Assembly: GCA_900316485.1 (NCBI GenBank)
Contig: ONDB01000055.1
Span: 2,776 to 66,775 of the forward strand
Direction: 5' to 3'
Length of the DNA stretch: 64,000 nt
From: an uncultured Eubacteriales bacterium
GTDB lineage: Bacteria > Bacillota > Clostridia > Oscillospirales > Acutalibacteraceae
The position numbers and the translations under genes are program-made. The number at the start of each line of letters is the position of its first letter. Position 1 is the first letter of the stretch. Under the pieces are notes generated by a model. It was not told the DNA's origin. It made no database searches and was given only the letters and a program-made list of their open reading frames with translations. Positions 19,580 to 29,638 of this stretch are shown here, one piece after another.

Positions 19580-20116
19580 TTATAAATCATTGACTTTACT
19601 TATTGTCATTTCGTACAGATATTCCATTCTATCTTCATCAGAATTACGGTTTTTCCTTCCGCCGTGTATAGATTTTCTTTTCATACCAAGCTTTTCCATA
19701 ACTCTGACAGACGGATAGTTTTCCGCGTCACAATGAGCGATATATTTCATAACTCCTAAATACTCAGTAATATATTGCACAAAACACTGTGCTGCCTCCG
19801 CAGCATAACCTTTTCCCCACTGGCTTTTATTAATTATCCATCCAAGCTCTCCCACAGTACCGTTTTCAAGAAATTCAATACTGACAGCTCCGATATGCAC
19901 TCCGTCATTAATTATTGCTGCATCAAGATATTCCGGAAGATCCTGATTCCACTGGAGTTCACATTTTTTCAGATATCTCATAACTTCATTCCCATCATCA
20001 CAGGGAAGAAAACACATCATTCGTGAATTTTCAGGATCAGTTGAGTATCTATATGTAGTTTCATAATGCTTTGTTCCAAGAGGTTCAAGCATCAGACGTT
20101 TTGTATGCAGTATCAT
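19580..20116 (-). CDS. GNAT-family N-acetyltransferase (RimJ/RimL-like)
   Basis: 178 aa. Starts TKRLMLEPL... and has the WGKGYAAEA acetyl-CoA-binding motif. Confidence 0.8.
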   Translation of the reverse strand: MILHTKRLMLEPLGTKHYETTYRYSTDPENSRMMCFLPCDDGNEVMRYLKKCELQWNQDLPEYLDAAIINDGVHIGAVSIEFLENGTVGELGWIINKSQWGKGYAAEAAQCFVQYITEYLGVMKYIAHCDAENYPSVRVMEKLGMKRKSIHGGRKNRNSDEDRMEYLYEMTISKVNDL

Positions 20117-20159
20117 TCCTTCCTCATCTCCGATTTACAAGTATAATAATTTCAGTATT

Positions 20160-21287
20160 TTACTTTTTATTTTTAAAAAACATATATACCTGACATTTAA
20201 TCATTCCGTTATATAACTTACGGCGTTTATCTGCGTGTCTTCCGAAATTGCGCTCAAAATTATCATCAGGACTAATTACTGTATAGCTCCAACCCTGCTT
20301 TTGTTGAAATCTTCTTCCCATAATGCGATAAAGCTCCCTTGCCTGTTCAATATCAAGCAATCTTTCACCATAAGGTGGATTCGATATTACAGCAGCTCTT
20401 TCATGCTCGAAAACAAAATCAGCTATTGAACGTCTTTCTACATGAATACGTTTTTCTACGCCTGCTTTCTGTGCATTTGCCATTGTAAGCTCCAGAGCAT
20501 CAGGATCAATATCATAACCATATGCCTGAAACTCTGCATCATGATTTATAAGATCAAGGCATCTGCCTCTTTCTTCTGACCAGATTTCTGAGGGAATACA
20601 TGACCATTTTTCAGCTGCAAAGCTCCTTTTCAGTCCTGGTGCTATGTTCAACGCCTTTAATGCTGACTCAATAAGTATTGTACCGGAACCGCAGAATGGA
20701 TCAATAACTGTACTGAAAGGTCGGACATGAGACAGATCAGCCATTGCAGCTGCCAGAGTTTCTTTAATCGGAGCCTCTGTTGCATCCCTGCGATAACCTC
20801 TCTTATGAAGTCCCTCACCTGATGTATCAAGCATAATACTCACTTCGTCCTTCATTATAAGAAACTGTATCTGATGACGGCTGCCTGTTTCATCAAACCA
20901 GTTTTTTCCATACTTTTGAGATAATCTGTTTACAACAGCTTTTTTAATTATCTTCTGACAATCCGGTACGCTTGCAAGCTTTGAACTGACGCAATGACCT
21001 TTTACCGGGAAAGCTTCATCAACATTGATCCAGTTTTCCCACTCAATGCTTTTCACTCCCTGAAACAGATCTTCAAAATTAAATGCTCTGAATCTTCCGA
21101 GAAGTATATGTACTCGTTCCGCATATCTTGAGCAAAGATTTACTCTTGCAAGAGCTGAAAAATCTCCGTCAAAAAGTACCCTTCCGTTTTCTGCCCTGAC
21201 ATTCTCTATTTCCATTCGTTTCAATTCATCAGCACATATTCCTTCTATTCCGAAAAGACACGGTGCAGAAAACTGCAGCTTATTCAT
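20160..21287 (-). CDS. THUMP-domain class I SAM-dependent RNA methyltransferase
   Basis: THUMP N-terminus, DPFCGSGT SAM motif and NPPYGERL catalytic motif. Confidence 0.85.
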   Translation of the reverse strand: MNKLQFSAPCLFGIEGICADELKRMEIENVRAENGRVLFDGDFSALARVNLCSRYAERVHILLGRFRAFNFEDLFQGVKSIEWENWINVDEAFPVKGHCVSSKLASVPDCQKIIKKAVVNRLSQKYGKNWFDETGSRHQIQFLIMKDEVSIMLDTSGEGLHKRGYRRDATEAPIKETLAAAMADLSHVRPFSTVIDPFCGSGTILIESALKALNIAPGLKRSFAAEKWSCIPSEIWSEERGRCLDLINHDAEFQAYGYDIDPDALELTMANAQKAGVEKRIHVERRSIADFVFEHERAAVISNPPYGERLLDIEQARELYRIMGRRFQQKQGWSYTVISPDDNFERNFGRHADKRRKLYNGMIKCQVYMFFKNKK

Positions 21288-21531
21288 TCTTATTCCTCCG
21301 TTTGATAATCTATTTTTTCTGGCTTATTTTAAATCGTTATGTCAGCTTTTTCCATGCACTAACTATTACATTATTATTTTACAAAAAAAATTTTAAAAAA
21401 GCAATACACGCAGTACTCTTAATGAAATAGTGTGGATTCAATCCTTTGTGCTTTGTATAAAAACAGATTCATATTTCTTTATATCAATGTTTTGATAATA
21501 ACTGAATTATATAAAATATTAGCCTTAACAA

Positions 21532-21560
21532 TTGAACAAGACACAAATATATAGTATAAT
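21532..21560 (+). promoter_or_regulatory. sigma-A-type promoter candidate for the PHP phosphatase gene
   Basis: TTGAAC (21532-21537), a 17-nt spacer, then TATAAT (21555-21560). Confidence 0.45.
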
Positions 21561-21592
21561 TGTTATGTAATAAAACAAAGACTTATCAGGGG

Positions 21593-22378
21593 ATGAATAT
21601 ATTGACTTCAAATTTTCACACTCACACCGACCGATGTCTTCATGCATACGGCAAGGAAAAGGATTATGTTAAGGCAGCTGTCAACGCAGGACTGGATATT
21701 CTTGGATTTTCTGATCATGCACCTTTCATGGATAAGGATTATGGACTTAGAATGAAATATGATGAGCTTCCGGAATATGTTTCTGAAATAGATAAACTGA
21801 AAAAAGAATATTTCGGAAAAATAAAATTATATACAGGGCTTGAAATAGAATATCATCCGCAGTATGATGATTATTACCCTTATCTTTTAAAAAACATGGG
21901 AGTTGAATATCTTGCTCTCGGTGAACACATGTATACTATCGGTGGAAATATAAAAAATATTTTTTTTGCCGAAAAGACCGAGGATTATATAAACTGTGCT
22001 CACTGCATTTCACAGGCAGCTGATACAGGATTCTTTTCTTTTATTGCTCATCCTGACATTATGTTTATAAATGATTTTGCCTGGGATAAAAACTGTGACA
22101 AGGCTTGTGATATTATTCTAAGTGCTGCGGAAAGAAATGATCTTCCTCTTGAATTCAATGCCAACGGAATACGCAGAGGTATCAGACAGTTTCCTGACGA
22201 AAAACGTCTGCCGTATCCACATGATAATTTCTGGAGACAGTTAAGTGGCAGCAAGCAGAAAGTTTTGATCGGAGCTGACTGTCATACTCCTGAGCAACTC
22301 AATGATTCCGCAATGAAAATTGCAGCCAGGATGTGCGAAGGATTAAAGCTTAATGTTATAGATTCATTAATGGAATGA
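21593..22378 (+). CDS. HisJ-family histidinol-phosphatase (PHP domain)
   Basis: FHTHTDRCLHA and GFSDHAP metal-binding motifs. Start set at ATG 21593 (MNILTSNF). Confidence 0.8.
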   Translation: MNILTSNFHTHTDRCLHAYGKEKDYVKAAVNAGLDILGFSDHAPFMDKDYGLRMKYDELPEYVSEIDKLKKEYFGKIKLYTGLEIEYHPQYDDYYPYLLKNMGVEYLALGEHMYTIGGNIKNIFFAEKTEDYINCAHCISQAADTGFFSFIAHPDIMFINDFAWDKNCDKACDIILSAAERNDLPLEFNANGIRRGIRQFPDEKRLPYPHDNFWRQLSGSKQKVLIGADCHTPEQLNDSAMKIAARMCEGLKLNVIDSLME

Positions 22379-22427
22379 TTTAAAAATATTAGCAATACCA
22401 GAAAAAGAATTTAAAGGAGAAAAGAAA

Positions 22428-23687
22428 ATGAAATCAACACTTAAAAAAATATTCTGTCTTTTGCTGGTTATCTCTACAGCAGCTGCTTTTTCTGCATGCG
22501 GCAAGGATAACAGCAATAAAAAAGATCAGTCAGGAACAGACACCGTAGTTTCACAGACATCTGCGGCAGATAGTTCAGATGAATCTTCAGCTCAAACAAG
22601 TGGATTTTCAGAATCTAGTACAGAAGAAAAAATTTCCATGCCTGAAAGCTGGCAGGATAACGGTATTTTTTCTGATTATTATGAAAAGGCTTTCAACAAG
22701 CTCAGCCAGATGTCAACAGAGGAAAAAGTCGGTCAGATAATACTTGCACGAATCCCGGCTGAGGATGCATTCCAAACAGCCAATGATTATCATCTTGGCG
22801 GATATGTTCTTTTCTGGAGTGATCTGGACGAAAAAACGAAGGATAAGATTATTTTAGACAATGATTCTTATTCAAGAGCAACCGGAATACCTATGATTAT
22901 TGCAACCGATGAAGAGGGGGGTTATGTAAGCCGTCTTAGCGGTCATGATCTTCTGAAACATGAGGATTTCAAGTCACCGAGAGAACTTTATAATAACGGC
23001 GGAATGGATGCAATCAAAGAGGATGCACTGAGAAAAGCACAGCTTATGAATAATCTTAAGATCAATACAAATCTTGCACCAGTGTGTGATATCTGTACAG
23101 GAGAAGATAAATTCATGTATGACAGATCTCTCGGACAGGACGCTGATATAACAAGCACATTTGTAAAAGAGGTTACTTCAATCAGTCAGCAAAACGGTGT
23201 CTCTGTTACTCTCAAGCATTTTCCTGGTTACGGTAATAATGACGATACCCACACAGGAATTGCTATTGACAAGCGAAGCTATGAAACATTCCAGGACAGT
23301 GATTTCAAGCCATTCAAGGCAGGTATTGACGAAGGAGCTCATGTTGTACTTGTCAGTCATAATATAGTTGAATGTATGGATGATGAAAGACCGGCTTCAC
23401 TATCTCCAAAGGTTCATGAAATACTCAGAAACGAACTGAAATTTACAGGAATAATTATTACAGATGATCTTTCAATGGGTGCAATTGAGGAATACTCACC
23501 TGATGTTAGTCCTGTAGTAAATGCTTTACTTGCCGGAAATGATATGCTGTGCATTTCGGATATTGATGTTACATATACAAAAATACTTGATGGAGTAATG
23601 AGCGGAAAAATTGAAAAGGATATACTTGATCATGCTGTAATGCGTGTTCTTGCTTGGAAATATGCAAAGGGTATGATTAAAGACTAA
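22428..23687 (+). CDS. glycoside hydrolase family 3 N-terminal-domain lipoprotein (NagZ-like beta-N-acetylhexosaminidase)
   Basis: Lipobox FSAC, a Ser-rich linker, then GH3 motifs (KHFPGYG, ITDDLSMGA). Confidence 0.8.
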   Translation: MKSTLKKIFCLLLVISTAAAFSACGKDNSNKKDQSGTDTVVSQTSAADSSDESSAQTSGFSESSTEEKISMPESWQDNGIFSDYYEKAFNKLSQMSTEEKVGQIILARIPAEDAFQTANDYHLGGYVLFWSDLDEKTKDKIILDNDSYSRATGIPMIIATDEEGGYVSRLSGHDLLKHEDFKSPRELYNNGGMDAIKEDALRKAQLMNNLKINTNLAPVCDICTGEDKFMYDRSLGQDADITSTFVKEVTSISQQNGVSVTLKHFPGYGNNDDTHTGIAIDKRSYETFQDSDFKPFKAGIDEGAHVVLVSHNIVECMDDERPASLSPKVHEILRNELKFTGIIITDDLSMGAIEEYSPDVSPVVNALLAGNDMLCISDIDVTYTKILDGVMSGKIEKDILDHAVMRVLAWKYAKGMIKD

Positions 23688-23689
23688 CA

Positions 23690-23741
23690 CAAAAAGAGCA
23701 AATGTGTGCAGATGACAAACTCACACATTTGCTCTTTTTTA
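23690..23741. terminator. bidirectional intrinsic terminator
   Basis: 16-bp stem aaagagcaaatgtgtg / cacacatttgctcttt with flanking A- and T-runs, between convergent genes. Confidence 0.8.
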
Positions 23742-24062
23742 TATGAACGCTTCTATCAGATCAAAATATACTTCCGGCAAATTCGCCCCCTCAAGATCTC
23801 CTATAGGCTCACCATCTCTGAACATGATAACAAACGGCAGATTCTCAACTAAATATCTGTAAGCGATATCCGGTGATTGCTCAATATCAACAGCAAGCAC
23901 AGTCAGTGTTTCCTCATAATGTCTGGCAACCTCTTCTATTACATATTCAAACCCTCTGCAGTTATTATCTCTGTGATCATAAAAATATACAAGCACAGCT
24001 GGCGAATATATCCTGTCGTCAAATTCATACGAATCTGTATGAATAATCAATTCTTCATCCAT
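23739..24062 (-). CDS. thioredoxin-fold protein lacking the CXXC motif
   Basis: 107 aa with Trx-like spacing (VLVYFY...C...LAVDIEQSPDIA...LPFVIMFRDGEP), but only a single Cys where WCGPC would sit. Confidence 0.55.
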   Translation of the reverse strand: MDEELIIHTDSYEFDDRIYSPAVLVYFYDHRDNNCRGFEYVIEEVARHYEETLTVLAVDIEQSPDIAYRYLVENLPFVIMFRDGEPIGDLEGANLPEVYFDLIEAFI

Positions 24063-24175
24063 TTTGATGCTCCCCTACAATTTTATAATGTCATCGTTTA
24101 TATTTACAAAAATGTTATCAAGTCATAATCCGAGCTTTTTCGCATAGGACGGGATGTATTATATATCCATCAGAT

Positions 24176-24541
24176 TCACTTGTTGTCAAGTCTTGTTCTG
24201 AGATTAACGGCTGCCCTGCCGACAAACGGAAGCAAGGTCTGTTCAAATCTTGACGCATGGTAAATACCCATCGCCATAAGCATTACATATACTATACTTA
24301 TCGCTACTGTAAGGAGAAGTATAAGTATTAACCTCAGCTCCGGAGCAAATGACAGAGCAAGATAAATCAAAAAATCACAGAAATATGCTACTGTGAAAAA
24401 GGTAAACAGCACTCCGCCCTGAAAAGTATGAAAACGCAGATCAGGGTTATCCTTCTCAACGGCAAAATGTCCTATTACGAACAGTATACCAAGATATGAA
24501 ATGGATGACAAAAATCTGATATTGCTATTATTATGCTCCAT
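24176..24541 (-). CDS. small integral membrane protein (3 TM)
   Basis: 121 aa with three hydrophobic segments. I recognise no family motif with confidence. Confidence 0.5.
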   Translation of the reverse strand: MEHNNSNIRFLSSISYLGILFVIGHFAVEKDNPDLRFHTFQGGVLFTFFTVAYFCDFLIYLALSFAPELRLILILLLTVAISIVYVMLMAMGIYHASRFEQTLLPFVGRAAVNLRTRLDNK

Positions 24542-24810
24542 AAAACAAACACCTCGTTTTTATACTCTATATTCTATACCATAATAAACTAAAATTCAAC
24601 CCCCGAGTTATACGAGGCATTAACGCATTAGTCCATTCAATGAGTTGTATCTGAACTGTTATTCCGGTTCATCTGATAACGGCTTACTATTACTATAAGC
24701 AATTCACATTTAAAAGATAACTGTTTATAGGTAATAATAATAGCATTAATATCATATAAATGTTGAGAAAAGCTATAAGAGGTCAGACCTCGGGAAAGGA
24801 ATGAACTAAA

Positions 24811-25776
24811 ATGACAGGGTTTTATCCTGAAGGCAAACTTATCGGCACAGAGGACAATTTATATTTCATGCAGTCGCTTTCAGCTCTTAATGATGCTTAT
24901 CATCAAGGAAAAATACTTGAAGCAAAGGCTATAGTCTGTGACTGCTCACACAATCTTATTGTTGATCTCGGTATTATGAAGGGCATTATCCCGCGTGAAG
25001 AAGGAGCAATTGGTATCCGTGAAGGCAGAGTCAGGGATATTGCAGTTATTTCACGTGTTAACAGACCGGTTTGCTTCGTTATCACCGGATTCAGAAAAAA
25101 TGAAAACGGTAGAACGGTTGCTGTATTATCACGTCGCATTGCACAGGAAAAATGCCGAAGAGAATATATTAACACCCTGGTACCGGGTGATATTATTCCT
25201 GCAAAAATCACGCATCTGGATTCCTTCGGAGCTTTCGCAGACATTGGCTGCGGAATAGTTTCACTGATACCAATTGATTCAATTTCTGTTTCGAGAATTG
25301 ACCACCCGAGAGAACGCTTTATGGTAGGTATGGATATAAAGGCTGTTGTCAGATCCTTTGAAAACGGCAGAATAAACCTGTCACATAAAGAGCTTTTGGG
25401 AACCTGGGAAGAAAATGCGGCAAAATTCAGCATCGGCGAAACTGTAGGCGGTATTATCCGGTCAGTCGAAGACTACGGAGCATTTATTGAGCTTTCACCT
25501 AATCTTGCTGGTCTTGCTGAAATGAAGGATAACATCTATGTGGGACAACAGGCTAGTGTCTATATAAAAAATATTATACCCTCAAGAATGAAGATCAAGC
25601 TGATTATAATTGATACCTTCGACTATGAACAGATTCCCGACGGACCAGAGTACTATTTTTCAGGCGATCATATGGACTACTTCCGATATTCTCCCGATGA
25701 TTCCGAAAAAATAATAGAAACTGATTTTCAATCTGCAGCAAATGATAATACATTGCTTATGCAGAAATGCTTATAG
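24811..25776 (+). CDS. multi-S1-domain RNA-binding protein
   Basis: Repeated S1 OB-fold signatures (GDIIPAKITHLDSFGAFADIG; GETVGGIIRSVEDYGAFIEL). Confidence 0.75.
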   Translation: MTGFYPEGKLIGTEDNLYFMQSLSALNDAYHQGKILEAKAIVCDCSHNLIVDLGIMKGIIPREEGAIGIREGRVRDIAVISRVNRPVCFVITGFRKNENGRTVAVLSRRIAQEKCRREYINTLVPGDIIPAKITHLDSFGAFADIGCGIVSLIPIDSISVSRIDHPRERFMVGMDIKAVVRSFENGRINLSHKELLGTWEENAAKFSIGETVGGIIRSVEDYGAFIELSPNLAGLAEMKDNIYVGQQASVYIKNIIPSRMKIKLIIIDTFDYEQIPDGPEYYFSGDHMDYFRYSPDDSEKIIETDFQSAANDNTLLMQKCL

Positions 25777-25836
25777 TATGACCCTGATCGTATTTGAGAG
25801 GAATAAAAAAAAATAGCTACTGTATTATTATCATCA

Positions 25837-26754
25837 TTGCTGGTGATTCTTACCGCAATGATTTTTCTTACAGGTTTTTCCAGAAACAATAACTTTATAC
25901 GTTATGCAGAATTCAATCCGACTCTGCCGGCTCTTAAAAAAGCAATGGAAATAGATATAGAAAGCTACGGTACAGATCATCATCTGGGATGGACAGATTC
26001 ACTTGCATATCTTTCCTGCATTTATTATGATGATTACAGCAAATACAGAGAGAAAGATCTGATCGATCTTTACAGCAGAGTCAAAAATGGTGAAAAAGCT
26101 GAAAGTATCCTCAGCAGCAAGAAATACTATAAATTTTACAAAGAAATATTCAATGCAGTGCTGAGCGGTATGCTTGGAGAATTTGAAGAAAAAGACAGTA
26201 CTGGAAAAAAAGTCAAAAAATACGGTCTTATTGCTTGTTCTCCCATAGCCAAAGGATTCGCTTATTCTGAATACGATGATTTCGGAGCATCCAGATCATA
26301 TGGATATAAAAGGAAACATCTGGGTCATGATATGTTATGCGAAACAGGAACACCTATTATCTGTATTGAAGACGGAATAGTTGAATGTATGGGTTGGAAT
26401 CAATACGGAGGCTGGAGAATCGGTATCCGCAGCAAGGATAAAAAGAGATATTATTATTATGCTCATCTGAGGAAAAATAAGCCTTTCCACACTGATATTT
26501 CAGTAGGAAAAGAAGTACGTGCAGGTGATGTAATCGGTTATGCAGGCAGAACCGGCTACAGTGCAAAAGAAAATGTTAATAATATTGAAATTCCCCATCT
26601 GCACTGGGGTATGGAACTGATTTTTGATGAAAGTCAGAAAGAATGTGATAATGAAATATGGATTAATCTTTATGCACTTACAAAGCTTCTTGCTGAAAAC
26701 AAATCTGAAGTAGTAAGGAATCCTGATACAAAAGAATTTTATAAAGCAAGGTAA
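25837..26754 (+). CDS. M23-family metallopeptidase
   Basis: HLGHDM ... HLHWG zinc motifs and an N-terminal hydrophobic anchor. TTG start; the exact start is uncertain. Confidence 0.75.
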   Translation: MLVILTAMIFLTGFSRNNNFIRYAEFNPTLPALKKAMEIDIESYGTDHHLGWTDSLAYLSCIYYDDYSKYREKDLIDLYSRVKNGEKAESILSSKKYYKFYKEIFNAVLSGMLGEFEEKDSTGKKVKKYGLIACSPIAKGFAYSEYDDFGASRSYGYKRKHLGHDMLCETGTPIICIEDGIVECMGWNQYGGWRIGIRSKDKKRYYYYAHLRKNKPFHTDISVGKEVRAGDVIGYAGRTGYSAKENVNNIEIPHLHWGMELIFDESQKECDNEIWINLYALTKLLAENKSEVVRNPDTKEFYKAR

Positions 26755-26756
26755 AA

Positions 26757-26800
26757 GTAATCACCTTCCCTGTTTTTATTCCAGGGAAGGTGATTTTGTT
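26757..26800. terminator. bidirectional intrinsic terminator
   Basis: Stem aatcaccttccctg / cagggaaggtgatt between convergent genes. Confidence 0.8.
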
Positions 26801-27353
26801 ATCTTAATTGATCAATTATTTTTTGTGCAGTAACCTCAAGACGCTTATAAGTAGAATCCTTGCTGCCCCGTTCTATAGGGTCCCCATGAATATCCTCTTT
26901 AATGCTGCTGTTCAGACTTAAAAATGAAAGATGCTGGGAATACATAATGATCTTATCTTTGGAATCAAACATTTCTGCTGCTCTCTGAGCAGCAAGTGAC
27001 GCACATTTCCCGAAAGTAATTATATATTTATAATTCATAATATCATCATAAAGCCGCCTGATATTATCTTCTGAGATAATTTCATCTTTTCTAGGTTCAG
27101 TCCTTCCGTCAAAGGCTTTGTAATGAACCTGCTGTGAGGAATTTGTTATTCTGTAATCATACCGGTTGGTATATGGGAAAATATCCGGATAGCTCTTATT
27201 TAGTATTGAAAGCATGACATCAAGATTTTTTCCTGTCTGACCGTTTACAAGCTTACCACTTTTCATTTCTTCCTGACCGGGACATGAAAATATAAAGGCT
27301 GTTTTAACATCATTTCTGCCATCATTCCTGCAAACATATTTTACTTCATCCAT
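26799..27353 (-). CDS. divergent uracil-DNA-glycosylase-superfamily (UDG-fold) protein
   Basis: The order FIFSCPGQEE-x6-LVNGQTGKNL ... ITNS ... YIITFGKCA ... HLSFLS mirrors UDG motif A (GxxPGxxE..G..F.G..G..L), the Asn strand, and motif B (HPS). Start at ATG 27351-27353, 9 nt after GGAGG. Confidence 0.45.
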   Translation of the reverse strand: MDEVKYVCRNDGRNDVKTAFIFSCPGQEEMKSGKLVNGQTGKNLDVMLSILNKSYPDIFPYTNRYDYRITNSSQQVHYKAFDGRTEPRKDEIISEDNIRRLYDDIMNYKYIITFGKCASLAAQRAAEMFDSKDKIIMYSQHLSFLSLNSSIKEDIHGDPIERGSKDSTYKRLEVTAQKIIDQLR

Positions 27354-27406
27354 AGTCATGATCCTCCACAATTAAACTCAGATAAATTCCAGATCTTTCA
27401 GATTAA

Positions 27407-28720
27407 TTATTTTTCTGTACAGAATTCAACCTTTTTTCCTTCAAGTATCATATTGGTTGTTCTTACTGCACACATTTTACCACACATAGAGCAGGTATGT
27501 CTGTCTGCGGGAGGTGTGCTTTCAAAATACGCTTTTGCCTTTTCAGGATCCACTGCTACCTTGAACATTTCTACCCAGTCCACCTTATGACGAGCCTCTG
27601 CCATTTCGTTATCCTTATCTCTTGCATGCGGCACTCCCTTTGCAATATCTGCAGCATGAGCAGCTATACGGCTTGCAATGATACCTTCCTTGACATCATT
27701 AAGATCAGGTAATCTGAGATGCTCTGCAGGTGTAACATAGCAAAGAAAGTCAGCACCGTTGGCTGCTGCAATTGCACCTCCTATTGCTGATGTAATATGA
27801 TCATATCCAGGGAAAATATCAGTTACAAGAGGGCCAAGAACATAGAACGGAGCATTATGGCATATACGCTTCTGCAGTTTCATATTTGCTTCGATCTCAT
27901 TCATTGCCATATGTCCGGGGCCCTCAACCATTACCTGTACATTTCTTGCCCATGCTCTTTCTGTGAGGGCACCAAGCTCGATTAGCTCTGAAATCTGACC
28001 TGCATCTGTAGCATCATCTATACATCCGGGACGAAGAGCATCACCAAGACTGATAGTTACATCAAATTCTTCAAGGATATCAAGTACCTTGTCGTAATAC
28101 TCATAGAAGGGGTTTTCATTGCCTGTCATCATCATCCATGCAAACAGTAGAGATCCTCCTCTGGATACAATATTCATTTTTCTCTTATCACGCATGAAAG
28201 CTTCAACTGCACGACGATTGATACCTGCGTGTATCGTCATAAAGTCAACGCCTTCCTCAGCATGTGCACGAACCACCTTAAGGAAATCCTCTGCAGTAAT
28301 TTCAAGAAGATCCTTCTCAAGATATCCGATTGCATCATACATCGGAACTGTGCCTATCATGGCTGGTGATTTATTCACAAGCTCTTTGCGGAATGTATTT
28401 GTCTTTCCGTAATTGCTTAGATCCATAATAGCTTCTGCACCGAATTTCAGTGCCATATCTACCTTCTGCATTTCAACATCATAATTCTTACAGTCGCCGG
28501 AGATACCGAGATTAACATTGATCTTTGTTCTCATTCCTGCGCCTATTCCTTCCGGAGAAATAGATTTATGATTTATATTGCAGGGGATTGCTACTTCCCC
28601 TTTTGCTACAGATTCCATAACCTTTTCGGGAGTTGTATATTCCTTTTCAGCTACGATCTTCATTTCGGGAGTAATAATCCCTTTTTTTGCGGCTTCCATT
28701 TGTGTTTTGTAGTTTCTCAT
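27407..28720 (-). CDS. thiC: phosphomethylpyrimidine synthase
   Basis: Typical ThiC sequence throughout, with the C-terminal CSMCG...C cluster. Start at [20 protein letters not shown] (ATG 28718-28720, GAAAGGAAA SD); the upstream ATG at 28741 has no SD. Confidence 0.95.
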   Translation of the reverse strand: MRNYKTQMEAAKKGIITPEMKIVAEKEYTTPEKVMESVAKGEVAIPCNINHKSISPEGIGAGMRTKINVNLGISGDCKNYDVEMQKVDMALKFGAEAIMDLSNYGKTNTFRKELVNKSPAMIGTVPMYDAIGYLEKDLLEITAEDFLKVVRAHAEEGVDFMTIHAGINRRAVEAFMRDKRKMNIVSRGGSLLFAWMMMTGNENPFYEYYDKVLDILEEFDVTISLGDALRPGCIDDATDAGQISELIELGALTERAWARNVQVMVEGPGHMAMNEIEANMKLQKRICHNAPFYVLGPLVTDIFPGYDHITSAIGGAIAAANGADFLCYVTPAEHLRLPDLNDVKEGIIASRIAAHAADIAKGVPHARDKDNEMAEARHKVDWVEMFKVAVDPEKAKAYFESTPPADRHTCSMCGKMCAVRTTNMILEGKKVEFCTEK

Positions 28721-28747
28721 AATTATTTTCCTTTCAAGCATTTATTT

Positions 28748-29545
28748 TCAGTTTCTGAACTGACCATTATAATCGAAGGCATGATCCATCGGACCTGACC
28801 CTTTTCCAAGATCCAGCATTGCACTCAGAGCGCCAGAAATATATTCCTTCGCCTTCTCTACTGCCTGTTCAATCGAATATCCCTTTGCAAGATTTGCGGC
28901 AATTGCTGATGAAAGTGTACAGCCTGTTCCGTGGGTATTAGGATTATTGATACGCTTACCTTCAAATGTTGTAAATATTCCATTCCGGCAAAGAATATCA
29001 GTTGCATCACTGATACTATGTCCCCCTTTTACCAGCACTGCGGCACTGTAACGTCTGTCAATGACTTCAGCAGCACAGGACATACTGTTACGATCAGTTA
29101 TTTTCATCTCAGCAAGAACCTGTGCTTCTGGAATATTGGGTGTAATTACCTTTGCAATCGGCAGAAGATTTTCTTTGAGAGCCTGGACTGCATCCTCTGC
29201 AATCAGTCTTGCTCCGCTTGTTGCTACCATTACAGGGTCTACAACAATATTATCTGCCTTATAAAATGTCAGCCTTTCGGCTATCATCTCAATCAGCGCC
29301 GACGAGGATACCATACCTATTTTTACAGCATCAGGTCTGATATCTTCAAAAACTGCATCTATCTGGTGCCCGAGAAATTCCGGTGAAACCTCGTATACGG
29401 CACACACTCCTGTGGTATTCTGTGCTGTAAGTGCAGTTATTGCACTCATAGCATACACACCGTTCAGAGTAATAGTTTTGATATCTGCTTGAATACCGGC
29501 GCCTCCGCAGGAATCGCTCCCTGCGATTGATAATGCTGTTTTCAT
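28748..29545 (-). CDS. thiD: hydroxymethylpyrimidine/phosphomethylpyrimidine kinase
   Basis: MKTALSIAGSDSCGGAGIQADIKT start and GTGCTLSSAIA motif. Confidence 0.95.
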   Translation of the reverse strand: MKTALSIAGSDSCGGAGIQADIKTITLNGVYAMSAITALTAQNTTGVCAVYEVSPEFLGHQIDAVFEDIRPDAVKIGMVSSSALIEMIAERLTFYKADNIVVDPVMVATSGARLIAEDAVQALKENLLPIAKVITPNIPEAQVLAEMKITDRNSMSCAAEVIDRRYSAAVLVKGGHSISDATDILCRNGIFTTFEGKRINNPNTHGTGCTLSSAIAANLAKGYSIEQAVEKAKEYISGALSAMLDLGKGSGPMDHAFDYNGQFRN

Positions 29546-29638
29546 AAAAAATGACTCCTTTCAAAAACGCATTATTTTTATATAGCGACATAAAGTGGTG
29601 TCCCCGATATGCCGCTCATTCTATAGAAAAAGTATCAT

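Noticed and set aside
24903-25433. 176-aa minus-strand ORF inside the S1-domain gene
   Set aside because: A shadow ORF of a gene with clear S1 motifs, with no independent support. I make the same judgement for 36891-37361, 50318-50848, 55240-55716, 60693-61178, 28931-29386 and the other sub-160-aa antisense ORFs in the track.
29546-29638. Second TPP riboswitch in front of thiD-thiC
   Set aside because: The 93-nt gap lacks the ctgaga and cctgat..ggataatgcc..g core blocks that are obvious in the real aptamer at 34820-34897.
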